Shown in pieces: positions 9,546-19,900 of a stretch of DNA of 64,000 nt. Each line of letters starts with the position of its first letter. Within the stretch, counting starts at the first letter, position 1. A program made the position numbers and the translations under genes. Under the pieces are notes generated by a model that saw nothing but the letters and a program-made list of their open reading frames with translations, was not told the origin of the DNA and made no database searches. Source of the DNA: an uncultured Chloroflexia bacterium (lineage in GTDB: Bacteria > Chloroflexota > Limnocylindria > QHBO01); the NCBI GenBank assembly GCA_963814375.1, contig CAWFCQ010000003.1, positions 160,001-224,000 on the forward strand, read 5' to 3'.

Positions 9546-10889
9546 TCACTCGGAGTAGATCATCTCCCGCACTGCGCTGATCTCGCGGCGCATCTCGTCG
9601 TTCTCGCTCAGCTCGCGCGCGATCTTGTCGCAGGCATGGAGCACGGTCGAGTGATCGCGCCCCCCGAGCTCGGCGCCGATACGGAGGAGGCTGATGTCGG
9701 TCTCCTCGCGGATGAGGAACATCGCAATCTGGCGGGGGACGACGATGGCGCGGTCGCGCTTCGAGGAGCGCAGCTGGTCCAGGTTGACGCCGTAGTAGTC
9801 GGCGACCGCGCGGACGATGCGCTGCGGCGTGATCGACTTCTTTCGCGGGTTGTACATCACGTTGCTGAGCACGGCGGAGGCGAGCTCGATGTTCACCGGC
9901 ATGCCGCTCATCGACGCGTAGGCCACGACGCGGTTGAGCGCGCCCTCCAGCTCGCGGACGTTGCTCACCACCTTGCGCGCGATGAACTCGATCACCTCCG
10001 ACGGGATGAGATGGAGCTGGTCCTCCGCCTTGCTGCGCAGGATGGCGATGCGCGTCTCGAGGTCGGGCGGCGTCAGGTCCGCGATGAGGCCCCACTCGAA
10101 GCGGCTGCGCAGCCGCTCCTCGAGGGTCGTGATCGCCTTGGGTGGCCGATCCGAGCTGAGCACGACCTGCTTGCCGGCCTCGTGGATCGCGTTGAAGGTG
10201 TGGAAGAACTCTTCCTGGGTCCGCTCGCGTTCGGCGATGAACTGGATGTCGTCGATCAGCAGCACATCGATGCGCCGATATCGGCCTCGGAAGTCCTCCA
10301 TCTTCTGCTCGCGGATGGAGTTGATGAAGTCGTTGGTGAACTTCTCGCTCGTCGCGTACAGGATCCGCTTGCGCGGGAACTTCGCCGAGACCGCATTGCC
10401 GATGGCGTGCATGAGGTGCGTCTTGCCGAGGCCGACCCCGCCGTACAGAAACAGCGGGTTGTAGGCGTGACCCGGGCGCTCGGCGACGCTGAGGGCCGCG
10501 GCATGGGCAAGCCGGTTGGCGGAGCCGACGATGAAGTTGTTGAAGGTGTAGCGGCTGTTCAGGTTGAGCGCGTTGCCGCCCGCAGAGAGCGGTGGCATCG
10601 GCACCTGCGCGTCTTCGTCGACCTGGTCCGGAAGCGGGCCGGCGGCATCGGCGACGACGAACTCGACCTGGACCGATCCACCCACCACGCGGGCCAGCGT
10701 CTGGCTGATCAGGGGCCGATAGCGGTTGTCGAGCCAGTCACGAGCGAAGCCGTTGGGTGCGGAGATGCGGTATCGGTTCTCCTCGATCTCCACCAGCTGC
10801 GTGTCCTTGAGCCAGGTCTCGAAGTTGGCCGGGGAGAGGGACACCTGCAGCTCGCCGAGGGCGGCGCGCCACACCTGCTTCGCTTCCAT
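9546..10889 (-). CDS. dnaA: Chromosomal replication initiator DnaA
   Basis: YNPLFLYGGVGLGKTHL, LLIDDIQF, RLRSRFEWGL and GGRDHSTVLHA. Confidence 0.98.
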   Translation of the reverse strand: MEAKQVWRAALGELQVSLSPANFETWLKDTQLVEIEENRYRISAPNGFARDWLDNRYRPLISQTLARVVGGSVQVEFVVADAAGPLPDQVDEDAQVPMPPLSAGGNALNLNSRYTFNNFIVGSANRLAHAAALSVAERPGHAYNPLFLYGGVGLGKTHLMHAIGNAVSAKFPRKRILYATSEKFTNDFINSIREQKMEDFRGRYRRIDVLLIDDIQFIAERERTQEEFFHTFNAIHEAGKQVVLSSDRPPKAITTLEERLRSRFEWGLIADLTPPDLETRIAILRSKAEDQLHLIPSEVIEFIARKVVSNVRELEGALNRVVAYASMSGMPVNIELASAVLSNVMYNPRKKSITPQRIVRAVADYYGVNLDQLRSSKRDRAIVVPRQIAMFLIREETDISLLRIGAELGGRDHSTVLHACDKIARELSENDEMRREISAVREMIYSE

Positions 10890-11080
10890 CAATCGAGCTT
10901 CTCCGGATCGGTCTGCGGCGTCGCCGCGAGGGGCTGTGATGAGTCCGCCACCGGTCCACGGGGGACCTCGATCGGGGCGTCGGGGCCGGAGGTCGGGCCA
11001 CTATAGCAGCGGCCCTTTCGGCGGGGCAACGAAACGCCGACATCCGGCGCGGCGACGGCTCGCATGGGTCCGCGCCGGGG

Positions 11081-11384
11081 TCGCGATCGATCGCAATAGC
11101 TTCACCGGAGCCGCTCGGGAGGCTGCGTTCCCGCGATTGATCGCGGTCGGTGACGCACGAACGACACCCCGAGGTGCTCCTCGTGCGTGCCGGGTCGCGA
11201 TACATCGAGGGAACCGTGCCCAGCATCGGGCTCTGGTGCATCGGCCGAGATGGATCGCGAAGGGCATCCGATCTATCGGACATTCCTTCGCACGAACGGG
11301 GCCTCCCGTGCGGTCCTGGTGCATATATCGGTCGATTCGTCGCGCAGGCCAGGGTCCGTGTGAAGTTCTGACCGATCTATCGGC
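11081..11384. repeat. Palindrome-array element, module A (4 units) plus module B (3 units)
   Basis: YCGCGATNNATCGCGR-type palindromes at 11081, 11131, 11195, 11245 and CCGATNTATCGG-type at 11267, ~11319, 11371. Colinear with 47385-47685. Confidence 0.8.
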
Positions 11385-11418
11385 ACCTCCACCGGCCGAT
11401 GAAGGGCTTCGTCGAGGT

Positions 11419-11447
11419 TTGACCCACCCCTCCCCCACAAGTAGAAT
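11419..11447 (+). promoter_or_regulatory. Sigma70-type promoter of the rpmH operon
   Basis: TTGACC (11419-11424), a 17-bp spacer, then TAGAAT (11442-11447). Confidence 0.75.
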
Positions 11448-11561
11448 CCGGCGCAAAGCGGAACGGGCCACCGAGTTCTGATGTGCAGGCTGGCGGAGCG
11501 CCAGCCATTCGTGTGTGATGGCCCGGATCGTCAATGCTGAACGAGGAAACGGCACGCACCC

Positions 11562-11696
11562 ATGAAGAGGACGTATCAGCCCAAGAAGCGCGCGCGCAAG
11601 CGCGAGCATGGCTTCATGGCTCGGATGGCGACCAAGGGTGGTCGTCGCGTGCTCGCTCGTCGTCGAGCCAAGGGGCGCAAGCGGCTGACCGCCTGA
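11562..11696 (+). CDS. rpmH: 50S ribosomal protein L34
   Basis: Hand translation [44 protein letters not shown]; GAGG SD-like sequence upstream. Confidence 0.97.
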   Translation: MKRTYQPKKRARKREHGFMARMATKGGRRVLARRRAKGRKRLTA

Positions 11697-11715
11697 CCGC
11701 CGGGCCTGCGAAGAC

Positions 11716-12051
11716 GTGCCCGTGCTGCCGACACTTCGGCGCCGCGCGGACTTCGAGGCGATCGGCCGTGATGGCACCGCTCGCTCGACACCGCTGCTGG
11801 TCCTGCGCTCTCTGCGGACCGATCGGGCCGAGACGCGGATCGGGCTGTCGACGCCGCGGACGCTCGGGGGCGCCGTTCAGCGCAATCGGGTTCGTCGCCG
11901 TCTGCGCGAGCTGCTCCGAGAGCGGCTCGGGAGCACGATCGGTCCCGGGTGGGACCTGCTCCTCATCGCGAGGCCGGGGGCCGGCGAGGCAAGCCAGGCG
12001 GAGCTGGGTGCCGCGATCGACGCGCTCCTGGCTCGGTCGGAGGTCGGATGA
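11716..12051 (+). CDS. rnpA: Ribonuclease P protein component
   Basis: [10 protein letters not shown] and [25 protein letters not shown]; synteny after rpmH. Confidence 0.93.
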   Translation: MPVLPTLRRRADFEAIGRDGTARSTPLLVLRSLRTDRAETRIGLSTPRTLGGAVQRNRVRRRLRELLRERLGSTIGPGWDLLLIARPGAGEASQAELGAAIDALLARSEVG

Positions 12052-12254
12052 AGAGCATCGGGCTGGGATTGATCGTGGTCTACCAGAAGCTGACCCGCTG
12101 GATGCCACCCAGCTGCCGCTACTCGCCGACCTGCTCCGCGTACACCTACCAGGCCATCGACCGATACGGACTGGTGCGCGGCTCCTGGATGGGAGCCAAG
12201 CGCATCGGTCGATGCAACCCCTTCCATCCGGGCGGCTACGACCCGGTCCGCTAG
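12048..12254 (+). CDS. yidD: Membrane protein insertion efficiency factor YidD
   Basis: [10 protein letters not shown] and [13 protein letters not shown]. Confidence 0.95.
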   Translation: MKSIGLGLIVVYQKLTRWMPPSCRYSPTCSAYTYQAIDRYGLVRGSWMGAKRIGRCNPFHPGGYDPVR

Positions 12255-12270
12255 ACGAGAGACGACCGAT

Positions 12271-13401
12271 TTGACCCCGATCATCGGCGCAGGTTTCCTG
12301 GGGATCGAGCATTTCAACCCGCCGTGGGACATCTTCTTCCTCCCGCTCTTCAACCTGCTCATCGGTCTCACCGAGATCCCGTTCTTCGACTTCGCCCTGG
12401 CGATCATCGTCTTCACGATCCTGATCCGCACCCTGCTGGCGCCACTCTTCGTCCGCCAGATCCGCTCGCAGAAGGAGATGCAGCGGATGCAGCCGTTGGT
12501 GAGGGAGGTCCAGCGGAAGCACAAGGGCAACCGCCAGAAGACGTACGAGGAGACGCAGGCCCTCTACCGCGAGCACGGCGTCAATCCGGCCGCCGGCTGC
12601 CTCCCCGTCGTCCTCCAGCTGCCGATCCTGTTCGCCCTCTACCAGGCGCTGATCCGCGCGTCGGGCGTGGTCCAGGGCTTCACCGTGAACGACGGCAACC
12701 GGGCCGCCTTCGATGCCCTCCAGTCAGAGGGCCTGATCCAGGCCAGCAGCGTCGCCAACGAGTACATCGTCCAGGTCTCCGGTCCCTGCAACCTGCCGGA
12801 GTTCTCCACGCTGCCGCAGTTCCTGCCGTTGAACTGCCAGCTCATCGACCCGATCAAGCTGAGCCAACCGGTCGACACGACGGTCGCCTGGATGTTCGGG
12901 CTCGACCTGGCCAGGGTCGACCATGTCTTCGGGATCCCGATCCTCGGGTTCACCCTCTCCGCGCTGGCCATCACTGCCGCAATCCTGCAGTTCGTGCAGG
13001 TCAAGATGACGAGCCCGCGACCGAACGCGGACGATCCCACCTCCGGGATGACGAGCACGATGACGTACACGTTCCCGTTGCTCACCATCTTCTGGGGTGG
13101 CATCTTCCCGAGCGGCCTGATCCTCTACTGGATCGTGTACACCGCGTACCTGGTGATCCAGCAGTACCTCATCATGGGCTGGGGCAACCTCTTCCCCCTC
13201 TTCGGCTGGTCGCCCTCGTGGGCGTCATCACCGGCGACCGGGATCACCCCCGCGGCGCGACCCAAGCCGGCAGCAGCCGCCGCCGGGTCCGCGGCAACCC
13301 CCCAAGCCCCGAACCCAAGCGCCCCAGCGACGGGCGGCAGCGGTAACCCGCGGCCCGCGAACCGCAAGGGCAGCTCCAAGCGACGAGGCCGAAAGAGATG
13401 A
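12271..13401 (+). CDS. yidC: Membrane protein insertase YidC/Oxa1
   Basis: MQRMQPLVREVQRKHKGN, GVNPAAGCLPVVLQLPILFALY and PSGLILYW. Confidence 0.95.
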   Translation: MTPIIGAGFLGIEHFNPPWDIFFLPLFNLLIGLTEIPFFDFALAIIVFTILIRTLLAPLFVRQIRSQKEMQRMQPLVREVQRKHKGNRQKTYEETQALYREHGVNPAAGCLPVVLQLPILFALYQALIRASGVVQGFTVNDGNRAAFDALQSEGLIQASSVANEYIVQVSGPCNLPEFSTLPQFLPLNCQLIDPIKLSQPVDTTVAWMFGLDLARVDHVFGIPILGFTLSALAITAAILQFVQVKMTSPRPNADDPTSGMTSTMTYTFPLLTIFWGGIFPSGLILYWIVYTAYLVIQQYLIMGWGNLFPLFGWSPSWASSPATGITPAARPKPAAAAAGSAATPQAPNPSAPATGGSGNPRPANRKGSSKRRGRKR

Positions 13402-14428
13402 CATTCCGAGAGTTCACCGGCAAGAACGTTGAAGAGGCGATCCGCGCCGCCATGGCCGAGTTCAGCTCGGACCTCGGCGACCTGGATATCGAGATCCTCG
13501 CCCAGGGCAGTCGCAGCATCCTCGGGGTGGGCGGCGAGGAGGCGCGCATCCTGGCCGCGCCGAAGTCGGCGGTGGCCGCCGCCGAGACGGTTCGAGCCGA
13601 TGCGCCGGCCGCCGAGTCGACGCCCGACACCGAGCCGGCGCCTGACATCGAGGTGATGCCCGAAGCGCCCGCGGTGACGCGCCCGCCGGCGACGCACCAG
13701 CCGAGCCCGCATCCGAGGCGTTCGAGCCCCTCGCTTCGTCCGATGCGGACGACCAGGTCGCGGAGCTCGCCGCCGCCGAGTCGGCCAGGCGCCCCCGTGG
13801 GACGCGCGGCCGCGGTGGAAGAGGAAGGAACGGACGAGAGCGCGAGCATGCCATCCGCGAGCCCCGCGGCGATCGACCCCCGCGGGAGCCCCGTGGCGAC
13901 CGCCCGATGCGGGAGCCCGCTCCCTTCGTCTCGGGCAAGCCAAGCGAGGAGCTGAGCGACGAGGAGCGCGCGACGCTCGACACGGCGAAGACCGTCCTCG
14001 AGGAGATGCTCGGGCTCATGCAGCTGTCAGGCACCGTCGAGATCGCCCGCGGTGGCGAGACAGCCCGCCTGAACGTGAAGGGCGATGACCTCGGCGCGCT
14101 GATCGGCCGCCGCGGTGAGCGGTTGGCGAGCCTCCAGCACATCGTCAACCTGATCGTCGGTCGTCGCGAGGGTCAGCATCACCGCATCGCGATCGACGTC
14201 GAGAACTACCGCGGGCGTCGTGAGGAGCAGCTGAGGGACGTCGCCGACCGCGCCGCGAAGCGGGTGGTCCAGAGCGGCAAGATCATCCAGCTCGAGGCGA
14301 TGCCCGCCGTCGAGCGCCGCGTCGTCCATATGGCCCTGCTCGAGAATCCGAAGGTCAGGACGCAGAGTGTCGGCGTCGAGCCCAATCGACGCATCGTCGT
14401 GCTTCCCGCCAGCCAGGTGAAGGAGTAG
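13398..14428 (+). CDS. jag: RNA-binding protein Jag/EloR (Jag_N, KH, R3H), apparent frameshift near 13670
   Basis: Jag_N (EFTGKNVEEAI) is in ORF 13398..13955. KH (LIGRRGERLASLQ) and R3H (ERRVVHMAL) are in ORF 13907..14428. Confidence 0.88.
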
Positions 14429-14435
14429 GCGGTCC

Positions 14436-14879
14436 GTGAGCCGCAGGGCGGCGGCGGTGACGGCGGCGGCCTGCGCCGTCGGGCGCCTGGGGGAGGACGG
14501 CCCGTGGATTGGCTTCGCCCCGACCCTCGACGACGGCTACGCCATCGTGGTGGGGTCGACGAGCGGGCCGTCGTATCGGTCTGACGCTGACGCGTCGGAC
14601 CTGCTCGCGCTGGCCCTCGTCTACTTCGAGGAGCCCTTCGACGCGCCACCGGACGAGATGGCGGCAACCCACGGCGACATCGGCGCCCTCGTGCGGCACG
14701 TTGCCGAGCACGAGGACGAGCCGTCGAGACGGCGCCTGGTGGACGACGTGGTCGATGCGGTCGATGACGGGCTCGCGGCCGAGGTCACGAGCGCCCGCCT
14801 GAGAAGGGCGCTCGGCGACGGATCCGAGCCGGTGGCCCGACTCCGTCGCCGCGTGGCAGAGCTGCTGAGTCGCGCCTGA
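14436..14879 (+). CDS. Hypothetical protein
   Basis: 147-aa ORF co-oriented 7 nt after jag, with coding-like GC3. Confidence 0.6.
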   Translation: MSRRAAAVTAAACAVGRLGEDGPWIGFAPTLDDGYAIVVGSTSGPSYRSDADASDLLALALVYFEEPFDAPPDEMAATHGDIGALVRHVAEHEDEPSRRRLVDDVVDAVDDGLAAEVTSARLRRALGDGSEPVARLRRRVAELLSRA

Positions 14880-14891
14880 GTCAGGCCCGGG

Positions 14892-15424
14892 TCACGCGCC
14901 GGGGCGGCTCTCGTCGTCTGCCGCGGCCGGCTCTGCGGAGGTCGCCGGCGGTGCCGGCGCGGCAGGCTCGGCCGGTGCCGCTGCGGGCGCTGCCGCTGAG
15001 TCAGCGGTGGCTGCCGTTGGTGCGGCGGAACCGGCCGCCGATGTGCCGATCTGGAACTTGCCGCCCTCGGCCTGGAACTCTCGCCATCCGGCCCAGGCGG
15101 CCACGAGCCCGCCCGCGACGGCGATCAGGAAGAAGAGATCGCGGAAGTTGAAGGCCGTGAAGATGGTCCCGATGTAGAGGAGCGCCGCGAGCACCAGCAC
15201 TGCGGCCGCGATCCCGCCGGTGAGCAGCATCAGGTTGCCGCGTGAGCCGGGCAGGTTCATCCCCGGCGACAGCTGCGGCAGCAGAACGACGCCGATGAGG
15301 GCGATCGCGGCGAGCACCGCAAGAACGGTGAGCCCGTAGCTGTACCCCACCAGGCCGCCGACGATGACGGCCGCAGCTCCGTAGACGGCAAGCTTTTCGT
15401 TCGATTGAGCTTCGAGAAGTCCAT
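14892..15424 (-). CDS. Hypothetical membrane protein with Ala/Pro tail, apparent frameshift near 15402
   Basis: GGAGGG SD then ATG at 15424 (MDFSKLN), continuing in a shifted frame as NEKLAVYGAAAVIVGGLVGYSYGLTV; 4-5 TM segments. Confidence 0.6.
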
Positions 15425-15517
15425 AGGTACCAACACCCTCCGCTGCTGACTCGCCCCCTGACCGCCCGCGACCGTAGCACAGGCGCGCAACAGATCGGCC
15501 TCGAAGGCCGTGGCCTC

Positions 15518-16604
15518 TTAGTGCACGGCCAGCACGTTCGTGGCCGGCACCGGCCGGCTGAAGCCCTTCAGGCTCAGATCCCCGACCGACTCGACGTCCA
15601 CCAGCCCCTCGACCATGGCGTGCGCCCGCTGGCTCATGAGGATCTGGTCGGGCGCGGCCTGGCTGCTGAGCCGGGAGGCGAGGATCACGACGTTGCCGAT
15701 CGCGCCGTAGTCGTAGCGGCCCTCGAAGCCGATGCGTCCCATCGTGGCGTAGCCGACCGCGATGCCGATCCCGAGGCCGAGCTCATAGCCGCTGCGCTGC
15801 CACTCCTCGGCCAGCGGCCGGAACCGCGAGCGGATGACGGATGCCATGCGCACCGCCCGCTCGACGTGGTCCGGCTGCGGGGCCGGGTCGTTGAAGAAGC
15901 TCATCACGCCGTCGCCGGCGAAGTGCTCGAGCGTCCCGCCGTGCTCGGCGATCGCGTTCCCGATCATGGCGTGGTACGTGCCCAGCACGCCGAGCAGCTC
16001 CTCCGGATCGGCCTGCTCGGCGAACGTCGTAAAGCCGCGCAGGTCGCAGAAGACCGCGGTGATCTGGCGCCGGTGGCCGGAGAGCAGATGCTCGCCATCC
16101 GGCGACGAGACGAGCTCCGCGATCTGCGGCGATACGAAGCGGCTGAGCTCGGCACGCTGCCGCTCGATGGTGGCAGTGAGCGCGGTCTGCTTCTCGAGGT
16201 ACTCGATCTCGAGGTCGTGCACGCGCTTCGCCGCCAGCGACGCGTTGATGCGTGCGCCGAGGACCTTGGGCTCGATGGGCTTGACGAGGTAGTCGGTGGC
16301 GCCGAGCTCGATGCATCGAACTGCGCTGTCGATCTCCTCCACCCCGGAGACGACGATCACGGGAATGTGGCGGATCGTCTCGTCGGCCTTGATCGCAGCC
16401 AGCGTCTCGTACCCGTCCATCTCGGGCATCAGGACGTCGAGGAGGACCACGTCGAACTCCTGCGGCCGCTGCGCCCAGCCGAGCCAATGCCTCGAGCCCG
16501 TTCTCGACTTCGTCGACCTCGAGCCCGATCGTCTGGAGCAGGCGGGTGAGGACGATGCGATTCACCCGGCTGTCGTCGACGATGAGCGCGCGGCCGAGCG
16601 TCAT
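15518..16604 (-). CDS. Response regulator-class III adenylate/guanylate cyclase fusion, apparent frameshift near 16470
   Basis: REC domain (ALIVDDSRVNR...VLLDVLMPEMDG...DYLVKP) plus cyclase (VFCDLRGFT, FAGDG, YGAIGNVVILASRL). Confidence 0.88.
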
Positions 16605-16984
16605 CGACCGGCCTCCGACGCCCACGCGCGCAGCGCTTCGGAGGTTGCCTGCCAGTCCGCTGCGAGGGCCCCGGCATCGGTGCGGGTCGCCTCGTCATCG
16701 ATGGATCCGGAGCGGCCCGCCTCCTCGAGGCGCCGAGCGCGTGCGGAGAGCCGCATCGCCCCGACCGTCGCGCTGCTGGACTTGAGCGTGTGCGCCGGAC
16801 GCACGAGCGCCGCAGCGTCGCCCGCTGCGACGGCGGCCTCGATGGCGGCCAGGTGCGCGGTGCCATCGGCGAGGTAGGCGGTGATCAGCTCACCGACGAA
16901 GGCGGTGTCTCCCTCGACCGACTCGCGCACCTCCGACAGCGTCGCTTCGTCGAGGATCGGCAGCTCAGGCTCGGGCACGGGCAC
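16601..16984 (-). CDS. Hpt phosphotransfer protein
   Basis: [13 protein letters not shown] motif. Confidence 0.9.
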   Translation of the reverse strand: MPVPEPELPILDEATLSEVRESVEGDTAFVGELITAYLADGTAHLAAIEAAVAAGDAAALVRPAHTLKSSSATVGAMRLSARARRLEEAGRSGSIDDEATRTDAGALAADWQATSEALRAWASEAGR

Positions 16985-19900
16985 TTCCCTTTCCACGCTT
17001 CGTTGGTTGCATGCCGTTGGCGGACGACGGGGCTCGCTGGAGAGCGTCTGCGAGCTCCTGCCGGCGAATGGGCTTGCTCAGGTAATCGTTCATCCCGGCG
17101 GCCAGGCACGCCTCACGGTCGCCCGCCATGGCGTTGGCCGTCATCGCGACGATCCACAGCGGCCGATCCGGCCATCGCGTCCGGATCTCGCGCGTCGCGC
17201 CCAGCCCGTCCAGCTCCGGCATCTGGACGTCCATCAGGACCACGTCGTACGTGTCGTGCTCGAGCGCCGCGAGCGCCTCCAGCCCATCGGTGGCGACCTC
17301 GGCCGCGTACGACATCTGGGTCAGAAGCCGCTTCGCAAGCTTCTGGTTCACCGGGTTGTCCTCGGCGAGCAGGATGCGAAGCGGATGACGCTGGCCCAGG
17401 GTGCGTCCATCGCCATCGGCTTCGGTGGGCGCCGGGCGCTCGGCCACCATGCCGAGCAGGAGGGTCGCGATCGTGTCGTGCAGCGCCGATGGCTTGACCG
17501 GCTTCGCGAGCCACGACGCGATGTGAGCGCCCTCGCGCTCCCGCATGCCGATCGACGAGAGGATGACGACCGGCATCGTGGCTGCCACGCCGGAGGCCAG
17601 GCCGGCGACCGCCTCGGCCAGCTCGAGGCCGTCGAGCTCGGGCATGAGCAGGTCGAACAGCGCGATCTCGAAGCGCTCCCCTGCGCGAAGCCAGTCCAGC
17701 GCCTCGCGTGGCGAGCCGGTCGCTTTCGCCACCATCCCCCAACGGGCGGTCTGCGCGACGAGGATGCGGCGGTTCGTCGCGTTGTCGTCGACGATCAGCA
17801 CCGACCGACCCGTGAGGTCGGCGGCGATGCGCATCGGCCGGACTGAGGCGACTGCATCGGGGCTGGCTTCCGCCATCCGGACGGCGAGCCGGAAGACGCT
17901 GCCCTCTCCGGGCACGCCCGAGCTCTCGGCGGTCAGGGTGCCGTCCATGAGCTCGGCCAGCCGGCGGCTGATCGCCAGGCCGAGGCCGGTCCCGCCGTAG
18001 CGCCGCGCAATCGAGGCGTCGACCTGGCTGAAGGACTGGAACAGCTTGCCCATGGCGTCGGGCTGGATGCCGATGCCGGTGTCGCGGACGTCGATGCCGA
18101 TCTCCCAGCGGCCTTCCGCGCGGCGTCCCGACATCGGCGCGCCGCTGACGGTCACCACAACCTCGCCGCTCTCGGTGAACTTCACGGCGTTGGACAGCAG
18201 GTTCAGGACCATCTGCCGCAGCCGTCCGGCATCGCCGACGAGCGCGACCGGCAGGTCCTCGTCGACCGCGTAGACCAGCTCGAGCCCCTTGGCCGCGGCG
18301 GTCGGCGCCAGGATGTCGAGCGAGGCCTCGATCGCGTCGCGAAGCACGAACGGCCGGCTCTCGAGGTCGACCCGACCGGCCTCGATCTTCGAGAAATCGA
18401 GGACGTCGTTGATGATCGTCAGCAGGGCGTCGCCGGAGGTGCGGATCGTCTCGGCGAAGTCGCGCTGCTCGTCGTCGAGCGGCGTGTCGATCAGCAGCCC
18501 GCTCATGCCGATCACCGCGTTCAGCGGCGTCCGGATCTCGTGGCTCATGGCCGCCAGGAAGCTGCTCTTCGCCTCATTCGCCTGCTCCGCCGCCGCACGC
18601 GACTCCTCCGCGGCGGCGAACAGCCGCGCATTCTGGAGCGCGATGGCCGCCTGCTGCGAGAGCCCGATCAGGAAGTTGAGGTCAGCCGCGGTGAAGGCCC
18701 CGGAGCCCGGGAAGCGCCAGACGACCAGGACACCGGCCACCTCGTCACCGATCGTCAGCGGTGCCGCCATGAGCCGGTCGTCCTCGTCTTCGGCCGTGCC
18801 GGGGATGGTCAACGAACGGCTGTCGGCCGATGTGCTGTTCACGAGCTCGGCACGGCCGGTGGTGGCGACGTCGCCGATGATCCCCTCGCCGCGCGTGACC
18901 GCGTCGGCGAGGATGACCTGCGCCATGGTCCCGAGGGCGACGATCGCGTGCAGCTGGTCGCTGTCGGGCTGCGGCAGGAAGACGGCGCTCGTGTCGGCGT
19001 CGAGCAGCGCCTTGGCCCGGTCCGCGATCTTCTCGAGCACGACCGAGAGGTCGAGCGTGGCGGACACCTCGCGGCCAACCTCGGCCAGCCCCGCCATCTC
19101 CTCCGCGCGTCGTCGCGTCTCCTCAAAGAGGCGTGCGTTCTGGATCGCCACTCCGACGTTGGCGGCGATGGTCGAGAGCAGCCGCTCGTCCGCCTCGCCG
19201 AAGCGGCCCTCCTGGGACGTGCTCTGGATGCTGATGACCCCGATCGCGTGGTCGGCAGCCATGATCGGCACGCCGAGCCACGAGCGCGCCAGGGTGCCCT
19301 GGCCGCGTTCCCCGAGCTCCGCCCAGTCAGCCGCCCGATTGAGGAGCATCGGCCGCCGCCGCTCGAGGACCTTCGAGGTGAGGCCCTCGCCGAGGGCCAT
19401 CGGCTGCTGGCCCGGGTGCTCACCGCCCTCGACGTAGTACGGGAACTCGATGGTGCCCAGCTCCTGGTTGACGAGAGCGACATACGCGATGTCGGCGTTG
19501 AATGCCTCCTGCGTCTTGTCGCCAACCAGCTCGAGCAGTGGCTGAAGGTCGAGCTGGGCCGCCAGCGCCTCGCCGACGCTGTTGATCGTGCCGAGCTCGC
19601 CGACCCGCTGCTGGGTCTCGTCGATGAGGCGTCCGGTGCGCAGCGCGACACTGAGGCTGGCCGCGATGGTCGTGAGGAGGGAGACATCGCGCTCGTCGAA
19701 CGCCTGCTCGCGGTCGAGGTTCTGGATCGAAACGACGCCGAGAGTCTCGTCGCCGACCGCCAGAGGCGCGAATATCGCCGACTTCGCCGGCTCCCCGATG
19801 ATCGCCGCCGGTTGTCCGACTTCGGCCGCGCGCCCCGCGAAGTCCTCCGTCACCAGGATCGGCTCGCCCGACTCGACGACCTGCTTTCGGAAGCCGATGA

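Noticed and set aside
11081-11384. Palindrome arrays as a CRISPR array
   Set aside because: Repeats are short and degenerate, spacers are homologous between loci, arrays have only 3-4 units, and no cas genes or leader are present.
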